Shown in pieces: positions 39,501 to 50,015 of a DNA stretch of 64,000 bases (positions are counted from its first letter, which is position 1; every line of letters begins with the position of its first letter). The stretch is from Candidatus Sericytochromatia bacterium (GTDB lineage Bacteria; Cyanobacteriota; Sericytochromatia; UBA7694; JACMQJ01). Location: assembly GCA_026004035.1 (NCBI GenBank), contig BPII01000003.1:35255-99254 (forward strand). Reading direction: 5' to 3'. Made by a program: the position numbers and the translations under genes. Under the pieces are notes generated by a model. The model was not told the origin of the DNA. It saw nothing but the letters and a program-made list of their open reading frames with translations, and did no database searches.

Positions 39501-40196
39501 TTACAATTTTTTTAAAATATATAAATCAGCTCTTCCCCAAGAAAAAGGTAAATTTAATGTTGTAATTTTTTTTATTTTTTTAGTTTCAAAAGGAAATGAA
39601 ACTGACAATATGTAAGAATTACTTTTTAATTCATTATCAAATTTTTCTTTAAGTAATTTTAAAGTTTTATTATCTAAACAAGTGGCTGCTATAAACACTA
39701 TATCAGCAAAAGAAAAATTTATATTAAACCAATTTTCATTTATGAACTTAATATTTTTCAAATTAAATTTATCTATAATTTTATTAGCATTGTTAATAAA
39801 TTCTGGTATTAAATCAACACCTATAGAATTTAAGTTATATTTAATATTCATAAAAAAAGAAATTCTACCTATTCCACATCCTAGTTCTAAAAAATTTCTA
39901 CAATTTTCTATTTTTATAAACTTTATTGCTTTATCTATTGAATACCAAGTAGCTTCACCATAAGTTAAATCATCTAAATTTTGGTTATTTTCTTTATATT
40001 CATTAGCAATAGTAAATTGGTCCCTTATTGAATAAATTTTAAATAACTCAATATCTATTTTTCTAAGTTTAGGATTTTTATAAAACTTTATTATTTCTAC
40101 TATGAACCAAAAAAAATTGTAAAATGAATTAGATATATTTATGTATAACAAAAAGATATCATCAATTAAATTTTTTAATACACTTGGTATTTTCAT
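39501..40196 (-). CDS. class I SAM-dependent methyltransferase
   Basis: Motif I is FLELGCGIGR, followed by GVDL and a post-I acidic residue. Confidence 0.65.
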   Translation of the reverse strand: MKIPSVLKNLIDDIFLLYINISNSFYNFFWFIVEIIKFYKNPKLRKIDIELFKIYSIRDQFTIANEYKENNQNLDDLTYGEATWYSIDKAIKFIKIENCRNFLELGCGIGRISFFMNIKYNLNSIGVDLIPEFINNANKIIDKFNLKNIKFINENWFNINFSFADIVFIAATCLDNKTLKLLKEKFDNELKSNSYILSVSFPFETKKIKKITTLNLPFSWGRADLYILKKL

Positions 40197-41194
40197 TATG
40201 GTTTTATTTTTAGTGGTGAGAAATATTTAGCTTTTTCAACACTGACACCATATAAACCTAAATCTAAACTATATCCTACTAATATAGTACTTAATTCTTC
40301 TTTAGTTTTGTTCTCAAATAAAAAATCATTTATTGCTTTTAAATATTCAAAACCTTGTTTAATAGCATTTTCAAAAATATTATTTATATTTCCAGAAAAC
40401 TTTTCAGAATTAAAAGGATGTAAATAGTAATTGAAATTTATTATTTCATCAGGTATATTTTCTTTATTATCAGGATAAAATAAAGCTAAATACTCAATAA
40501 TTTCATCTCTTAAAATATTATTTATTTTTCTAAATATTTCTCTAAAAAAAGAATTATTCATAATATATAAATTTAGTATTTTCTGTATAAAGTAACCTCT
40601 TTTTATATTATAAAAAATAGTTTTAGTATTATTTAAATTCCATGAATTCTTAGCTATTTCACAAAGAAAATATAACATTGATAAATTTATTTTATCATTT
40701 TTATAAGCATTTTTTATACTGAAAAAATTTTTTAAATCAATATTTAGCTTTTTTAATACATATAAATCTAACCAAGCTTCTATTAATCTGTGTCTCATTT
40801 GAGCATTTTTTCTTTCTTTTTTATTTTTATCAAAATAATTTCCACTAAAGTAATATACATAAGGATGAAAATTAATATCCATTACACAATGAGTTATAAA
40901 ACCAGATATAAAAGATATTTTTTCATTATAATTTTCTTTATCTTTTTTTAAATCTTCTAAAAAATTCCACCACAGAATACTTGTATCATTTCCATTAGCA
41001 CCATGAACTAAATCACCATATTGAAAAAAAGTTTTGTCAAAAGGTAATTTTATATTGTAATAAAATGTATCTGTTGCTATAGAGCCAAAATAATATAAAT
41101 CTATATTTTTACTTATTACTTGATACAATTTTAAATCTTTTAGATTTTCTAATAATTTATCAGAAAAATATATATGGGTTATTTCCTTTGGCAT
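40196..41194 (-). CDS. hypothetical protein (His-rich motifs; possibly zinc-dependent phospholipase C-like)
   Basis: 332 aa. The motifs ITHIYF...VHG...THCVMD...HRL are reminiscent of Zn-PLC-like proteins, but the match is weak. Confidence 0.3.
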   Translation of the reverse strand: MPKEITHIYFSDKLLENLKDLKLYQVISKNIDLYYFGSIATDTFYYNIKLPFDKTFFQYGDLVHGANGNDTSILWWNFLEDLKKDKENYNEKISFISGFITHCVMDINFHPYVYYFSGNYFDKNKKERKNAQMRHRLIEAWLDLYVLKKLNIDLKNFFSIKNAYKNDKINLSMLYFLCEIAKNSWNLNNTKTIFYNIKRGYFIQKILNLYIMNNSFFREIFRKINNILRDEIIEYLALFYPDNKENIPDEIINFNYYLHPFNSEKFSGNINNIFENAIKQGFEYLKAINDFLFENKTKEELSTILVGYSLDLGLYGVSVEKAKYFSPLKIKP

Positions 41195-41403
41195 TAAGCA
41201 AAAGATGGAATTAAAACAGGTTCTTGATTTAAAATAGGTAATCTTCTTGCTAAAGTTGTATTACAAGAGCAGTCTCTTAATTCTAAACTAAACAAATTAT
41301 AAGGTGCAAAACTTTGTATTCCCACAAACTTTGTTTTAGCAATAAATTCTTCTTCTGTGTGAAACTCATTACCACATTTTTTACATTTTTTATAAATTTT
41401 CAT
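41194..41403 (-). CDS. small zinc-ribbon-like protein
   Basis: CKKCGNEFH... then CSCN. 69 aa. It overlaps its neighbour by 1 nt. Confidence 0.3.
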   Translation of the reverse strand: MKIYKKCKKCGNEFHTEEEFIAKTKFVGIQSFAPYNLFSLELRDCSCNTTLARRLPILNQEPVLIPSFA

Positions 41404-41523
41404 TTTAATACCTCTAATCTCTACTTATAAAAGTAATGATAATACATAAAAGTAAAATTAAGGTTATATATAAATTTATTTATGTTTAATTTTAGAGTAA
41501 ATTTATCTTAATCTAACTTATTA

Positions 41524-41925
41524 CTAACAAAAATCATTAAAATTATAATTTAAAATAGTATTCTTATCTAATTGGATTAATTCTGATTTATTACAACCTG
41601 TTACTATGTCAAAAACAACAATACCATATACTCCTCCTTTTAATCTAAATTTTTGTGGCGGTATAAGTAACTCTGTTCTTGTATTATCAGGATAAACTAA
41701 GTAAAGTCTTGGTAATGGTGCAATAAAATTTATTTCTAAATCAAATTCATATTTAGATAAGTCAAGATTTGGTGGGGTTGGATAAACAAAAGAAGAAGGG
41801 TCAAATGGTGGTAAGCTTATAGAGGATTTTGGAGTTGATGTTGGAGTAGGATTTACTCTAACTTGATTATTATTGTTGCTACAAGATAAAATAACTACAA
41901 AAATTATTATTATTAATATTTTCAT
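41524..41925 (-). CDS. hypothetical lipoprotein
   Basis: Lipobox VILSCSNN followed by a Pro/Thr/Ser linker. Confidence 0.4.
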   Translation of the reverse strand: MKILIIIIFVVILSCSNNNNQVRVNPTPTSTPKSSISLPPFDPSSFVYPTPPNLDLSKYEFDLEINFIAPLPRLYLVYPDNTRTELLIPPQKFRLKGGVYGIVVFDIVTGCNKSELIQLDKNTILNYNFNDFC

Positions 41926-41931
41926 ATATTT

Positions 41932-43680
41932 TCATACTGAAAAATGAATTAAATTTTTATATTTATCTATTTTTTTACTTATTAGTTCTTGCATATCAGT
42001 ATTATTATTAACTTTATAAATTTTTAATAAAAATTCTAATGATTTAATATCAAAAGGTTCTCTTATTAAAAATGAATTTAAATTTTCTATTGCTTCTTCA
42101 TATTTTTTTAATTCAAATAATACTTCAGCTAAATTATATTTCGTCATCTCAAAGCCTTGTTCTATTAATTGTAACGATGCTTTATACATTTCTTCAGAAA
42201 GTTCATATAGATATTGTTTTTTATAAATATCTCCTAATATTTCAAATGTTTTTCCTAGTATTAAATCTGTAAGAGCAAAATTTAATTCATCTTTTGAATT
42301 ATAAAACTGATATAATGACTTTTCCCAATTTAATTTGAAAATATCATTATCAAATAAATTATCTGAAGTAAAATAAAATCCTTTATATTTAATAGATTTT
42401 TCAGGATTATTTGTAATAACTATTATTACATCATTTAAAAATTTTTCTGCAATATCGTAATTATCGTCTTTGTATTCAATAATAGCTAAATTCATTCTAG
42501 CTAAAGCATATTCAGGATATAAGGAAATAGATTTTTCAATTAATTTTTTGGCCTTTACTATTAATTGCTTATCCTTACTAAAACTAAGATTAAAATAAGC
42601 TTGTGCATATAAAACACCTAAATTATTTAAAGCTTCAACATTATTTTCATCTTTTTCTAAAATATCTTTTATCTCACTTTCAGCTTTTATATATTTACTT
42701 TCATTGTTACTTTGTAATGATTGTAAAGCAATTGAAAACTTTTTATCTATATAACTTTTTTTAGAAAAGTTTCTTTTTCTATCAAATTCTAAACTCTCTA
42801 TTTTTGAAATAATATTTGAAAAAATATTGTCAAAAGTAAATTTTGAAACTTTTTCATACGCATTATTTGAAATTTCTATTGATTTATCAATATTTGATAA
42901 ATAGTAATTAATTAGTTTTACTATATTTTCAGAATTATAGTATATACAATCTATTTTATCTATAAATCTATTTTGAATATCTAATGTATTAGTATCTGTA
43001 AAAAGTAATGAACCACTAGCCATTATTTCAAAACATGATAAAGGAGCTATATTATTGTCAGAAAAATTTATTACTATTTTACTTCTTCTTATAATATTTG
43101 AATAATCTTCAGCATACTTTTGACTACAAAAATAAATATTGTATCTATCAGATAAATCAGCTATTTTTGATAATATTTCACTTTTTATTTCAGAACAATT
43201 TTTATAACTACCTAAAAAACATATATCTATATCTTTAAAATCATAAGGAGTAAAATTTTCGTATATTGAAGATTTGGCTCTTAAAGGCATTGATATAGCT
43301 TTTTTATAACCTACATGTTCAAGAATATTTTTTGAATTATCATCACAAATAATATAATCAAATCTATCTACATTGTTTATTGTACTTTCAAATGAGTTTG
43401 TTATATCAAATAGAACACCAATTAGTTTATATTTTGTATTTTCTATTTTATCAGGTATGATCTCATTATCCATACCCCAAAATATTATATATTCAATATC
43501 TGTATTTTCAGGTAATTCTTCTAATATTTCAATTATAGATTTTTCAAGATTTTGATAAAAGTTATTTGGTTCAAAGATAAATATATTTGAACTTGCAAAA
43601 AAAGTTCCTAGAATTTCATAGCTTTCTAGTATATTTGGTGAAAACTTTTTTAGGGGACCAACTAATATTTTATTATTCAT
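41932..43680 (-). CDS. glycosyltransferase-like (CgeB/DUF3880-type) N-terminal region fused to C-terminal TPR repeats
   Basis: The C-terminal ~250 aa show TPR periodicity (ALNNLGVLYAQ..., YALARMNLAIIEYKDDNYDIAEKF..., LGDIYKKQYLYELSEEMYKASL...). The N-terminal assignment rests only on general layout. Confidence 0.4.
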   Translation of the reverse strand: MNNKILVGPLKKFSPNILESYEILGTFFASSNIFIFEPNNFYQNLEKSIIEILEELPENTDIEYIIFWGMDNEIIPDKIENTKYKLIGVLFDITNSFESTINNVDRFDYIICDDNSKNILEHVGYKKAISMPLRAKSSIYENFTPYDFKDIDICFLGSYKNCSEIKSEILSKIADLSDRYNIYFCSQKYAEDYSNIIRRSKIVINFSDNNIAPLSCFEIMASGSLLFTDTNTLDIQNRFIDKIDCIYYNSENIVKLINYYLSNIDKSIEISNNAYEKVSKFTFDNIFSNIISKIESLEFDRKRNFSKKSYIDKKFSIALQSLQSNNESKYIKAESEIKDILEKDENNVEALNNLGVLYAQAYFNLSFSKDKQLIVKAKKLIEKSISLYPEYALARMNLAIIEYKDDNYDIAEKFLNDVIIVITNNPEKSIKYKGFYFTSDNLFDNDIFKLNWEKSLYQFYNSKDELNFALTDLILGKTFEILGDIYKKQYLYELSEEMYKASLQLIEQGFEMTKYNLAEVLFELKKYEEAIENLNSFLIREPFDIKSLEFLLKIYKVNNNTDMQELISKKIDKYKNLIHFSV

Positions 43681-44260
43681 TATTTAAATCAATTTTAATA
43701 CTTACAGCTCCTCTTATGTCTCCATCTTTATGATTTATAGCTAAATCATTAGGATATTTTGATTTTAAAAAATTCATGACACTTGGTTTTATTTGAGTTT
43801 CATTTCCATGACATTGCAAACAAGTTTTATTTGCTATTATAGGTTTCATATACCTAAAATATTTTTTATTATTTTCAATTACATTTTGAAAAATTTCTGT
43901 GTTTGGTTTTAATTTATTTTCTTTTTTCATTTTCTCAAAAATTTCTAATTTCTCTTTTTCAAAGTTATCAGGCTTATTTTTTAAATTACGATATTTTAAA
44001 CTAACTCTTTTTATATAAATTTTTTCATCATTTGAGATTTTATCAGCGATATTTTGAGCTATATTAGAACATACATTAATAGCTTTTAGAGTATCACCGG
44101 CTTTAAGATTCTCTTCTAAAGTTTTCTTTAAAGTTCCTAAAAGTTTTTTAGATGAATTTCTAGATTTATCTAAATATTTATTAAATTCTTCTTCATTTGA
44201 ATATGATTTTAAATTTATGCAAAGTAATATTGTTAAGCTAACTAATATTATTTTTTTCAT
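43673..44260 (-). CDS. DUF3365 (Tll0287-like) periplasmic protein with a CxxCH haem-c motif
   Basis: A signal peptide is present. RVSLKYRNLKNKPDNFE and CLQCHGN match the DUF3365 pattern. Confidence 0.6.
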   Translation of the reverse strand: MKKIILVSLTILLCINLKSYSNEEEFNKYLDKSRNSSKKLLGTLKKTLEENLKAGDTLKAINVCSNIAQNIADKISNDEKIYIKRVSLKYRNLKNKPDNFEKEKLEIFEKMKKENKLKPNTEIFQNVIENNKKYFRYMKPIIANKTCLQCHGNETQIKPSVMNFLKSKYPNDLAINHKDGDIRGAVSIKIDLNNE

Positions 44261-44315
44261 AATTAAAAAATTTCAAATATGATAAAATTTTAGCATAATA
44301 TTTATTATTCATAGA

Positions 44316-45317
44316 ATGAAAAAAAAAATTATTTCTATTGGTGGTGGAACTGGTCAAGCTTCTATATTATCAAGTCTCAAAAAGTTAAAAAATATTAATA
44401 TAGTTTCAGTTGTAGGTGTTACTGATAATGGAGGTTATAGTGGAATAATAAGAGAATCAATGGGAATACCACAACCAGGTGATAGTAGAAATTGTATAGG
44501 TGCATTGTGTAACGATGATTTGTTGCTATCAAAGTTAATAAACTATAGATTTACTGAGGGCAAATTGTCAGGTATAAGCTTAGGTAACTTAATAATAGCA
44601 GCATTAACAAGAATAACAGGTGATTTTTCTGAAGCTATAGAGCAAACAGGACATTTAGCTGGTATAGCAGGTAAAGTTTTACCTGTATCAAAAGATAGCA
44701 CTCATATTTGTGCAAAATTAGAAGATGGTAGAAACATAGTGGGTGAATGGGAGATTATAAAAAGAGAACCAAGGAGTAAAATATTAGAATTGTATCTTGA
44801 TAGTCCAGCAAAAATAAATCCAAGTGTAGAAAAAGAAATAATAGATTCTGATTTTATAATAATATGTCCTGGTTCATTATGCACTGCTATAATATCAACA
44901 TTACTTATACAAGGAGTTAAAGAAAGTATAAAAAAATCAAATGCAAAAATAATATATATAAGTAATATAATGACACAAGCAGGACAAACTGACAATTTTT
45001 CTTTAAGTAATCATGTAAGTTTTATCGAAAAATATTTAGATAAAAAAATTGATATTCTAATAGTTAATAATAGTATTCCTTCAAGTGAAATACTTGAAGA
45101 ATACAAGAAAGAAGACTCTTTACCAGTAGAAATAGATATTTGTAATATATCAAATCACACTAGAATAATATTTGATGATTTGTTATTGAATGACATAGAA
45201 TTTTTAATTAAAAATGAAAGACCAAAATCTGAAAACATGCACGTTGGAAAACATTTAATAAGACATGATCCTGATAAATTAGCAAAAATTATTGATAAAA
45301 TAATACATGAAAAGTGA
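44316..45317 (+). CDS. yvcK: YvcK/CofD-family gluconeogenesis factor
   Basis: IGGGTGQASILSSLK, GVTDNGGYSG, GDSRNC and PGSLCTAI. Confidence 0.8.
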   Translation: MKKKIISIGGGTGQASILSSLKKLKNINIVSVVGVTDNGGYSGIIRESMGIPQPGDSRNCIGALCNDDLLLSKLINYRFTEGKLSGISLGNLIIAALTRITGDFSEAIEQTGHLAGIAGKVLPVSKDSTHICAKLEDGRNIVGEWEIIKREPRSKILELYLDSPAKINPSVEKEIIDSDFIIICPGSLCTAIISTLLIQGVKESIKKSNAKIIYISNIMTQAGQTDNFSLSNHVSFIEKYLDKKIDILIVNNSIPSSEILEEYKKEDSLPVEIDICNISNHTRIIFDDLLLNDIEFLIKNERPKSENMHVGKHLIRHDPDKLAKIIDKIIHEK

Positions 45318-45427
45318 TTTTTTTTTTAATATGAATGATGATTTAGGACATACTTATGTTTATAAACAAGCAACCAATATTAAAGAAGAAAAAATATGTA
45401 TAGAAGCTATGAAAGTATGTTCAGTTA

Positions 45428-46792
45428 ATGCAACAGGAAATGATGGAAAATAAATTAAAGCAATTTAGCTTTTTAGATATATTAGTTATTATAATAGGTA
45501 TTTTAGCTTTAACTACTTTAATAATGCTTTTATTATTTAAACCAATAATAGAAAACAGGTATTATAGACTTGGTGAAGAGCTAATAAGTAAAAATAACAT
45601 AAATCAAGCATTAAAAGAAATAAATTATGCTTTAAAGTTAAATTATGAGAGTTCAAAATTACATGAGATTTTAGGAAGAATATATATTTATAAAAAAGAT
45701 TATTTACTTTCAATTAAAGAGTTAGAGAAAGCTATTGAAATAGATAATAATAACTATTATGCATATTTATATTTGGGTATTTCATATTATCAACAAGGAA
45801 AATATAATGAATCTATAAATCAATTAGAAAAAGCTATAAGTTTAGATATAGAAAATAAAAATAACTCACAAGCTTTTTACTATATAGCTAAATCTTACTA
45901 CAATCAAGGATTTACAGATTTGTCTATATTAAAACTAGAAGATGCTATAAAAATAGATGAAAAAAATTCTGAAGCTTTTTTTGAGTTAGGTAAAATATAT
46001 TTTGAAAAACAGAATATAGAAAAAAGTATTGAATACTTAAATAAATCTTTACTTATAAAAAACACACCTGATACTAATTATTATTTAGGACTATGTTATG
46101 AAAATTTAGGGCAACTGGATAATTCTATTTACTACTTAAAAGAGGCAATTAGATTAAATTTTTCAGACAATAATATTTACTATATTTTGGGTAATATATA
46201 TTTTAAAAAAAGTCTTTATCAAGAAGCTATCATAGAGTATGAAAAATTTGTTAAAAATAATCCTAATGATGCAATATCTAGATATAAACTAGGAAATTTA
46301 TATTTTAATATTGGAAATTATAAATATGCATTGGAACATTATAATAAAGCTATATCCATAGATTCTACTTACAAAGAAATATTAAAATATAATATTAAAG
46401 AAGCTAGTAATATTATAAAAGTAAAAAATAATATTAAAAAATTTCAAAAACTATTAGAAGATTTTTATTTAAAAAATAATCATTACCCTGAAAATATAGA
46501 TAAAATATATAAAAATGAAGATTACTTAAACTATTGTAAAAAGATGTTTAATCCTTATAAAAACTCAAACTATTTTTATGATTTATTTGTAGATTATAAT
46601 AATTACTTAGAAAATAAAAATAAATTTATCTTTTCAGGTTATATAGTATATGAACCTATAAATTATAAAAATAAATTTTATCAAGCTTATAAATTGTATG
46701 CTATAGATGGAAATAACAATTTTATAAAGTATAATTCTAAAGATTTAATTATTAGTAATAATTCTATAGTAGATGAATATGAAAAAAAATAA
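45428..46792 (+). CDS. membrane-anchored TPR-repeat protein
   Basis: One N-terminal TM segment (FLDILVIIIGILALTTLIMLLLF), then about 8 TPR units (A...Y..LG.IY....Y..AI..YEKAI..D). Confidence 0.7.
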   Translation: MQQEMMENKLKQFSFLDILVIIIGILALTTLIMLLLFKPIIENRYYRLGEELISKNNINQALKEINYALKLNYESSKLHEILGRIYIYKKDYLLSIKELEKAIEIDNNNYYAYLYLGISYYQQGKYNESINQLEKAISLDIENKNNSQAFYYIAKSYYNQGFTDLSILKLEDAIKIDEKNSEAFFELGKIYFEKQNIEKSIEYLNKSLLIKNTPDTNYYLGLCYENLGQLDNSIYYLKEAIRLNFSDNNIYYILGNIYFKKSLYQEAIIEYEKFVKNNPNDAISRYKLGNLYFNIGNYKYALEHYNKAISIDSTYKEILKYNIKEASNIIKVKNNIKKFQKLLEDFYLKNNHYPENIDKIYKNEDYLNYCKKMFNPYKNSNYFYDLFVDYNNYLENKNKFIFSGYIVYEPINYKNKFYQAYKLYAIDGNNNFIKYNSKDLIISNNSIVDEYEKK

Positions 46793-47258
46793 AGATATTG
46801 ATTTAGAAATTGGTAGTCAAATTACTTCTGATTATCTAAAGCAATTTTATCCTGAACCTAAAACTAATATGACTTGGATATATAACCTAAAGTTTAATTT
46901 TCAAGGTATAGATGTTAAAGCTGAATTAAAAATGGAAATTTTTTCAATAGAAAATAAAAATGTAAATATAAAAGTATCAATAGGAAATAATAGTTTTGAA
47001 GAATCTGTTCCTATAGATGATTTTTCACCTATTCCTTCAACTGAAGGTATAAAAAATTCATCTACAAGTTTTGTTTATGAAGGTAAAGAAGAAGTAGATG
47101 TCCCTTTTGGTAAATATAATGACTCTGTGAAAATAAGTAGTCTAAGCAAAGAAGGAAAATATTATTTATGGTTAGCAAAAAATATAGGTCCAATTAAATT
47201 CGGAATCACTACTTCAGGTGTTCCAGCATATTTAGAGCTAGAATCTTTTTCAAGTTAA
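46773..47258 (+). CDS. hypothetical protein
   Basis: 161-aa ORF overlapping the TPR gene's end by 20 nt. No motif recognised. Confidence 0.3.
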   Translation: MNMKKNKDIDLEIGSQITSDYLKQFYPEPKTNMTWIYNLKFNFQGIDVKAELKMEIFSIENKNVNIKVSIGNNSFEESVPIDDFSPIPSTEGIKNSSTSFVYEGKEEVDVPFGKYNDSVKISSLSKEGKYYLWLAKNIGPIKFGITTSGVPAYLELESFSS

Positions 47259-47299
47259 TAAAAAAATAAATCTTCTATCACAGTAGAGTTAATTAACTT

Positions 47300-47422
47300 A
47301 AGAGTAGTAATATCAATTTATTAAATTGATAGTGCATTAAAAATCAATATTTTTTATATTTACAATTCTGTTTAATTATACTAAAATTCTTATATGTCAA
47401 GTAATTTATTAAAAACTTATAG
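47300..47422 (-). repeat. intergenic repeat family B, inverted copy, with a 19-bp palindrome
   Basis: The reverse complement matches 55014..55135 almost base for base (ctataagtttttaataaattacttgacat...gatttttaatgcactatcaatttaataaattgatatta). The palindrome atcaattta-t-taaattgat lies at 47312..47330. Confidence 0.8.
47359..47387 (+). promoter_or_regulatory. sigma70-like promoter for fumC, embedded in repeat B
   Basis: TTTACA (47359..47364), a 17-nt spacer, then TAAAAT (47382..47387). An AGGAG Shine-Dalgarno lies 8 nt before the ATG at 47455. Confidence 0.4.
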
Positions 47423-47454
47423 TATATATATATTTTTTTTTAGGAGAAATAAAT

Positions 47455-48844
47455 ATGAATTATAGAATTGAGACTGATACAATGGGGGAAGTAAAAGTTC
47501 CTTCAAATAAATATTATGGAGCTCAAACAGCACGTTCTTTAATGAATTTCAAAATAGGTGGTGACAAATTTCCTAGAGAAATGATAAGAGCACTAGGAAT
47601 AGTGAAAAAAGCAGCAGCATTAGCAAATAAAGAATTGGGAACATTAGAAGAAGAAAAAGCAGACTTAATAATAAAAGCAGCTGATGAAGTTATAGAAGGA
47701 AAGCTAGATGATCATTTTCCTTTAGTAGTTTGGCAAACAGGAAGTGGAACACAATCAAATATGAACGTTAATGAAGTTATTTCTAATAGAGCTATTGAAA
47801 TTGCAGGAGGAGTTTTAGGAAGTAAAAAACCTATACATCCTAATGATGATGTAAATAAAGCTCAATCTTCAAATGATACATTTCCAACGGCTATGCATAT
47901 AGCAGCAGCAGAACAAATAAATAAAAGATTAATACCTATGGTTTAAAAAATTAAAAGATACATTAGAAAGTAAATCTAAAGAATTTGACAATATTATAAA
48001 AATAGGTAGGACTCATTTAATGGATGCTGTACCTCTAACGCTAGGACAAGAATTTTCTGGATATGTTGCTCAATTAGATAATGACTTAAAAAGAATTGAA
48101 TTATCAATTCAAGGTTTATATGAGTTAGCTTTAGGTGGAACAGCTGTTGGAACTGGACTAAATACACACAAAGATTTTGCTGTTACAGTTGCTAAATATA
48201 TAGCTGAAATAACAGGATTACCATTTGTTACAGCACCTAATAAATTTGAAGCTTTAGCAAGCCATGATGCTTTAGTTTTTGCAAGTGGAGCATTAAAAAC
48301 ATTAGCAGCATCTCTTATGAAAATAGCTAATGATATAAGATGGATGGCATCAGGACCAAGAGCAGGATTATTTGAAATAAGTATTCCTGAAAATGAACCA
48401 GGAAGTTCTATAATGCCAGGTAAAGTTAATCCTACACAATCAGAAGCTATGACTATGGTATGTGCTCAAGTTATGGGAAATGATGTTGCTATAAACATAG
48501 GTGGTATGTCAGGAAACTTTGAATTAAACGTTTTTAAACCAATGATAATATTTAACTTTTTAAACTCTGTTAGACTTTTAGCTGATGCTTGTGAAAGCTT
48601 TAATGATAATTGTGCAGTAGGTATAAAACCTAACTTAGATAATATTAAAAAGTATTTAGATAGCTCTTTAATGCTAGTTACGGCTTTAAATCCTGTTATA
48701 GGTTATGATAATGCAGCTAAAGTTGCTAAAAAAGCATTCAAAGAAAATATTACATTAAAGCAAGCAGCACTAGAGTTAGGTTTATTATCAGAAGAAAAAT
48801 ATGATGAGTTTGTAAAACCTGAAAAAATGTTGGGTAATAAATAA
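47455..48844 (+). pseudogene. fumC: class II fumarate hydratase, one frameshift
   Basis: The N-terminal part reads [26 protein letters not shown]...[13 protein letters not shown]. The C-terminal part reads [17 protein letters not shown]...[16 protein letters not shown]. The parts are in different frames, and the break is at the A6 run 47945..47950. Confidence 0.9.
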
Positions 48845-48900
48845 TAAGTTTTTATCAAGAACCATATTCAGTAAGAAAAAATCAATTTTTAGAAGATAAG

Positions 48901-49020
48901 GGTACTGGGCTAATGTTATTTTTTGATAAGTTCAAAATCCTTTTCAATTAAAATATACTTTAAATTTAGTATTTATAAGCTTTTGAAGGTAATTTTTTCT
49001 ATAACTCAATCCCAGTGCTG
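48901..49020 (+). repeat. intergenic repeat family A
   Basis: ggtactgggctaatgttattttttgataag...taaatttagtatttataagc...gtaattttttctataactcaatcccagtgctg. The ends are inverted (tactggg / cccagtg). Track ORF 48923..49123 lies inside it and is probably spurious. Confidence 0.75.
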
Positions 49021-49120
49021 TAATTATTTCATAAATAATAATAATCATTTTATTAATATTCACCTTTTATTAAGTAAAGAAAATATTTTTATTTGCTTAC
49101 TAATTTCTTTGTTAAGTTTA

Positions 49121-49170
49121 TAAAAAACATTAACTTTTAATGCACTATCAATTTAATAAATTGGTATAAG
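49121..49170 (+). repeat. intergenic repeat family B, partial copy (palindrome end only)
   Basis: ataaaaaacattaacttttaatgcactatcaatttaataaattggtataag. The palindrome at 49147..49165 has one mismatch. This copy is inverted relative to the copy at 47300..47422. Confidence 0.7.
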
Positions 49171-49240
49171 CTTACTCTATGAAGCAAGAATCTCCTCACT
49201 TTAGCAAGAAGAGGATATCACTTAAAAAGATTATTTATGT

Positions 49241-50012
49241 TTAATCATCTTTACCGTAGTAATAATCTCCAACTCTTTTCAATATTTCATTTTCTACTGG
49301 TTTTATAATTCCTTCTGCTTCTTCTTTATTTCTTGCTTTTGTAGTTATTCTTAAAGTTACATATGTATCTTTTATTAGTGGTGCAACTGTTGGATTAGAT
49401 AAATTTAATAAATCTTGAACAATTTCAGCAAGATGAGACTCTCTTATGCCTGTAAATTTTAATACTCTTGAAAAAATAAATTTTTTTTCTTTATTCATAC
49501 TAAATAAATAATTTTTTTCCTTGATTTTCCCACATGCTTTTTAGTTCTGAAGGAACACCGGGAAATGTTATAAATACTTTATTATTTTTTTCTAAAATTA
49601 TTCCTGGAGCTGTTCCATAATCGTTTTCTATGACTTTTGACCCCTCAGGTAAAAATGCTTGTTTCTCATTAGAAGAAAGTAACTTTATTTCTCTCTTTTC
49701 AAATTGTTTTTTTTAATTTATTTAATACATTTTCATATAAAACAAGATTTAAATTAAAAAATTTTGCTATTGCTTCGTGAGTTAAATCGTCTGAAGTTGG
49801 ACCTAAGTCCACCTGTTGTTATAATTATATCAGCTCTGTTACAAGCAATATTAAACGCCGATATAATTCTTTCTAAATTTATCACCAACAGTTGTTATAT
49901 AATATAGATCTATTCCTACTTTTGATAACTCTTTTGCAATATAAGTTGCATTAGTATTTACAATGTCTCCAAGTAATAACTCTGTTCCAATACAAATTAT
50001 TTCTGCTATCAA
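49241..50012 (-). pseudogene. cinA: CinA-like protein (MoCF-type domain plus KH-like domain, no PncC domain), several frameshifts
   Basis: A TTG start at 50012 gives [44 protein letters not shown]. Other frames give ...[26 protein letters not shown]... and ...[27 protein letters not shown].... ORF 49241..49498 is the C-terminal part. Confidence 0.6.
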
Positions 50013-50015
50013 TTA

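Noticed and set aside
45331-45453. A 40-codon ORF (MNDDLGHTYVYKQATNIKEEKICIEAMKVCSVNATGNDGK) between yvcK and the TPR gene, vaguely like a ferredoxin C-terminus.
   Set aside because: There is no Cys-cluster motif and no clear Shine-Dalgarno. It overlaps the predicted start of the TPR gene. I cannot support it from the sequence alone.
48923-49123. A 66-aa ORF inside repeat A/B as a possible transposase or small protein.
   Set aside because: It is too short, its sequence is low-complexity, and it is not conserved as an ORF in the other repeat copies, where the frame is interrupted.
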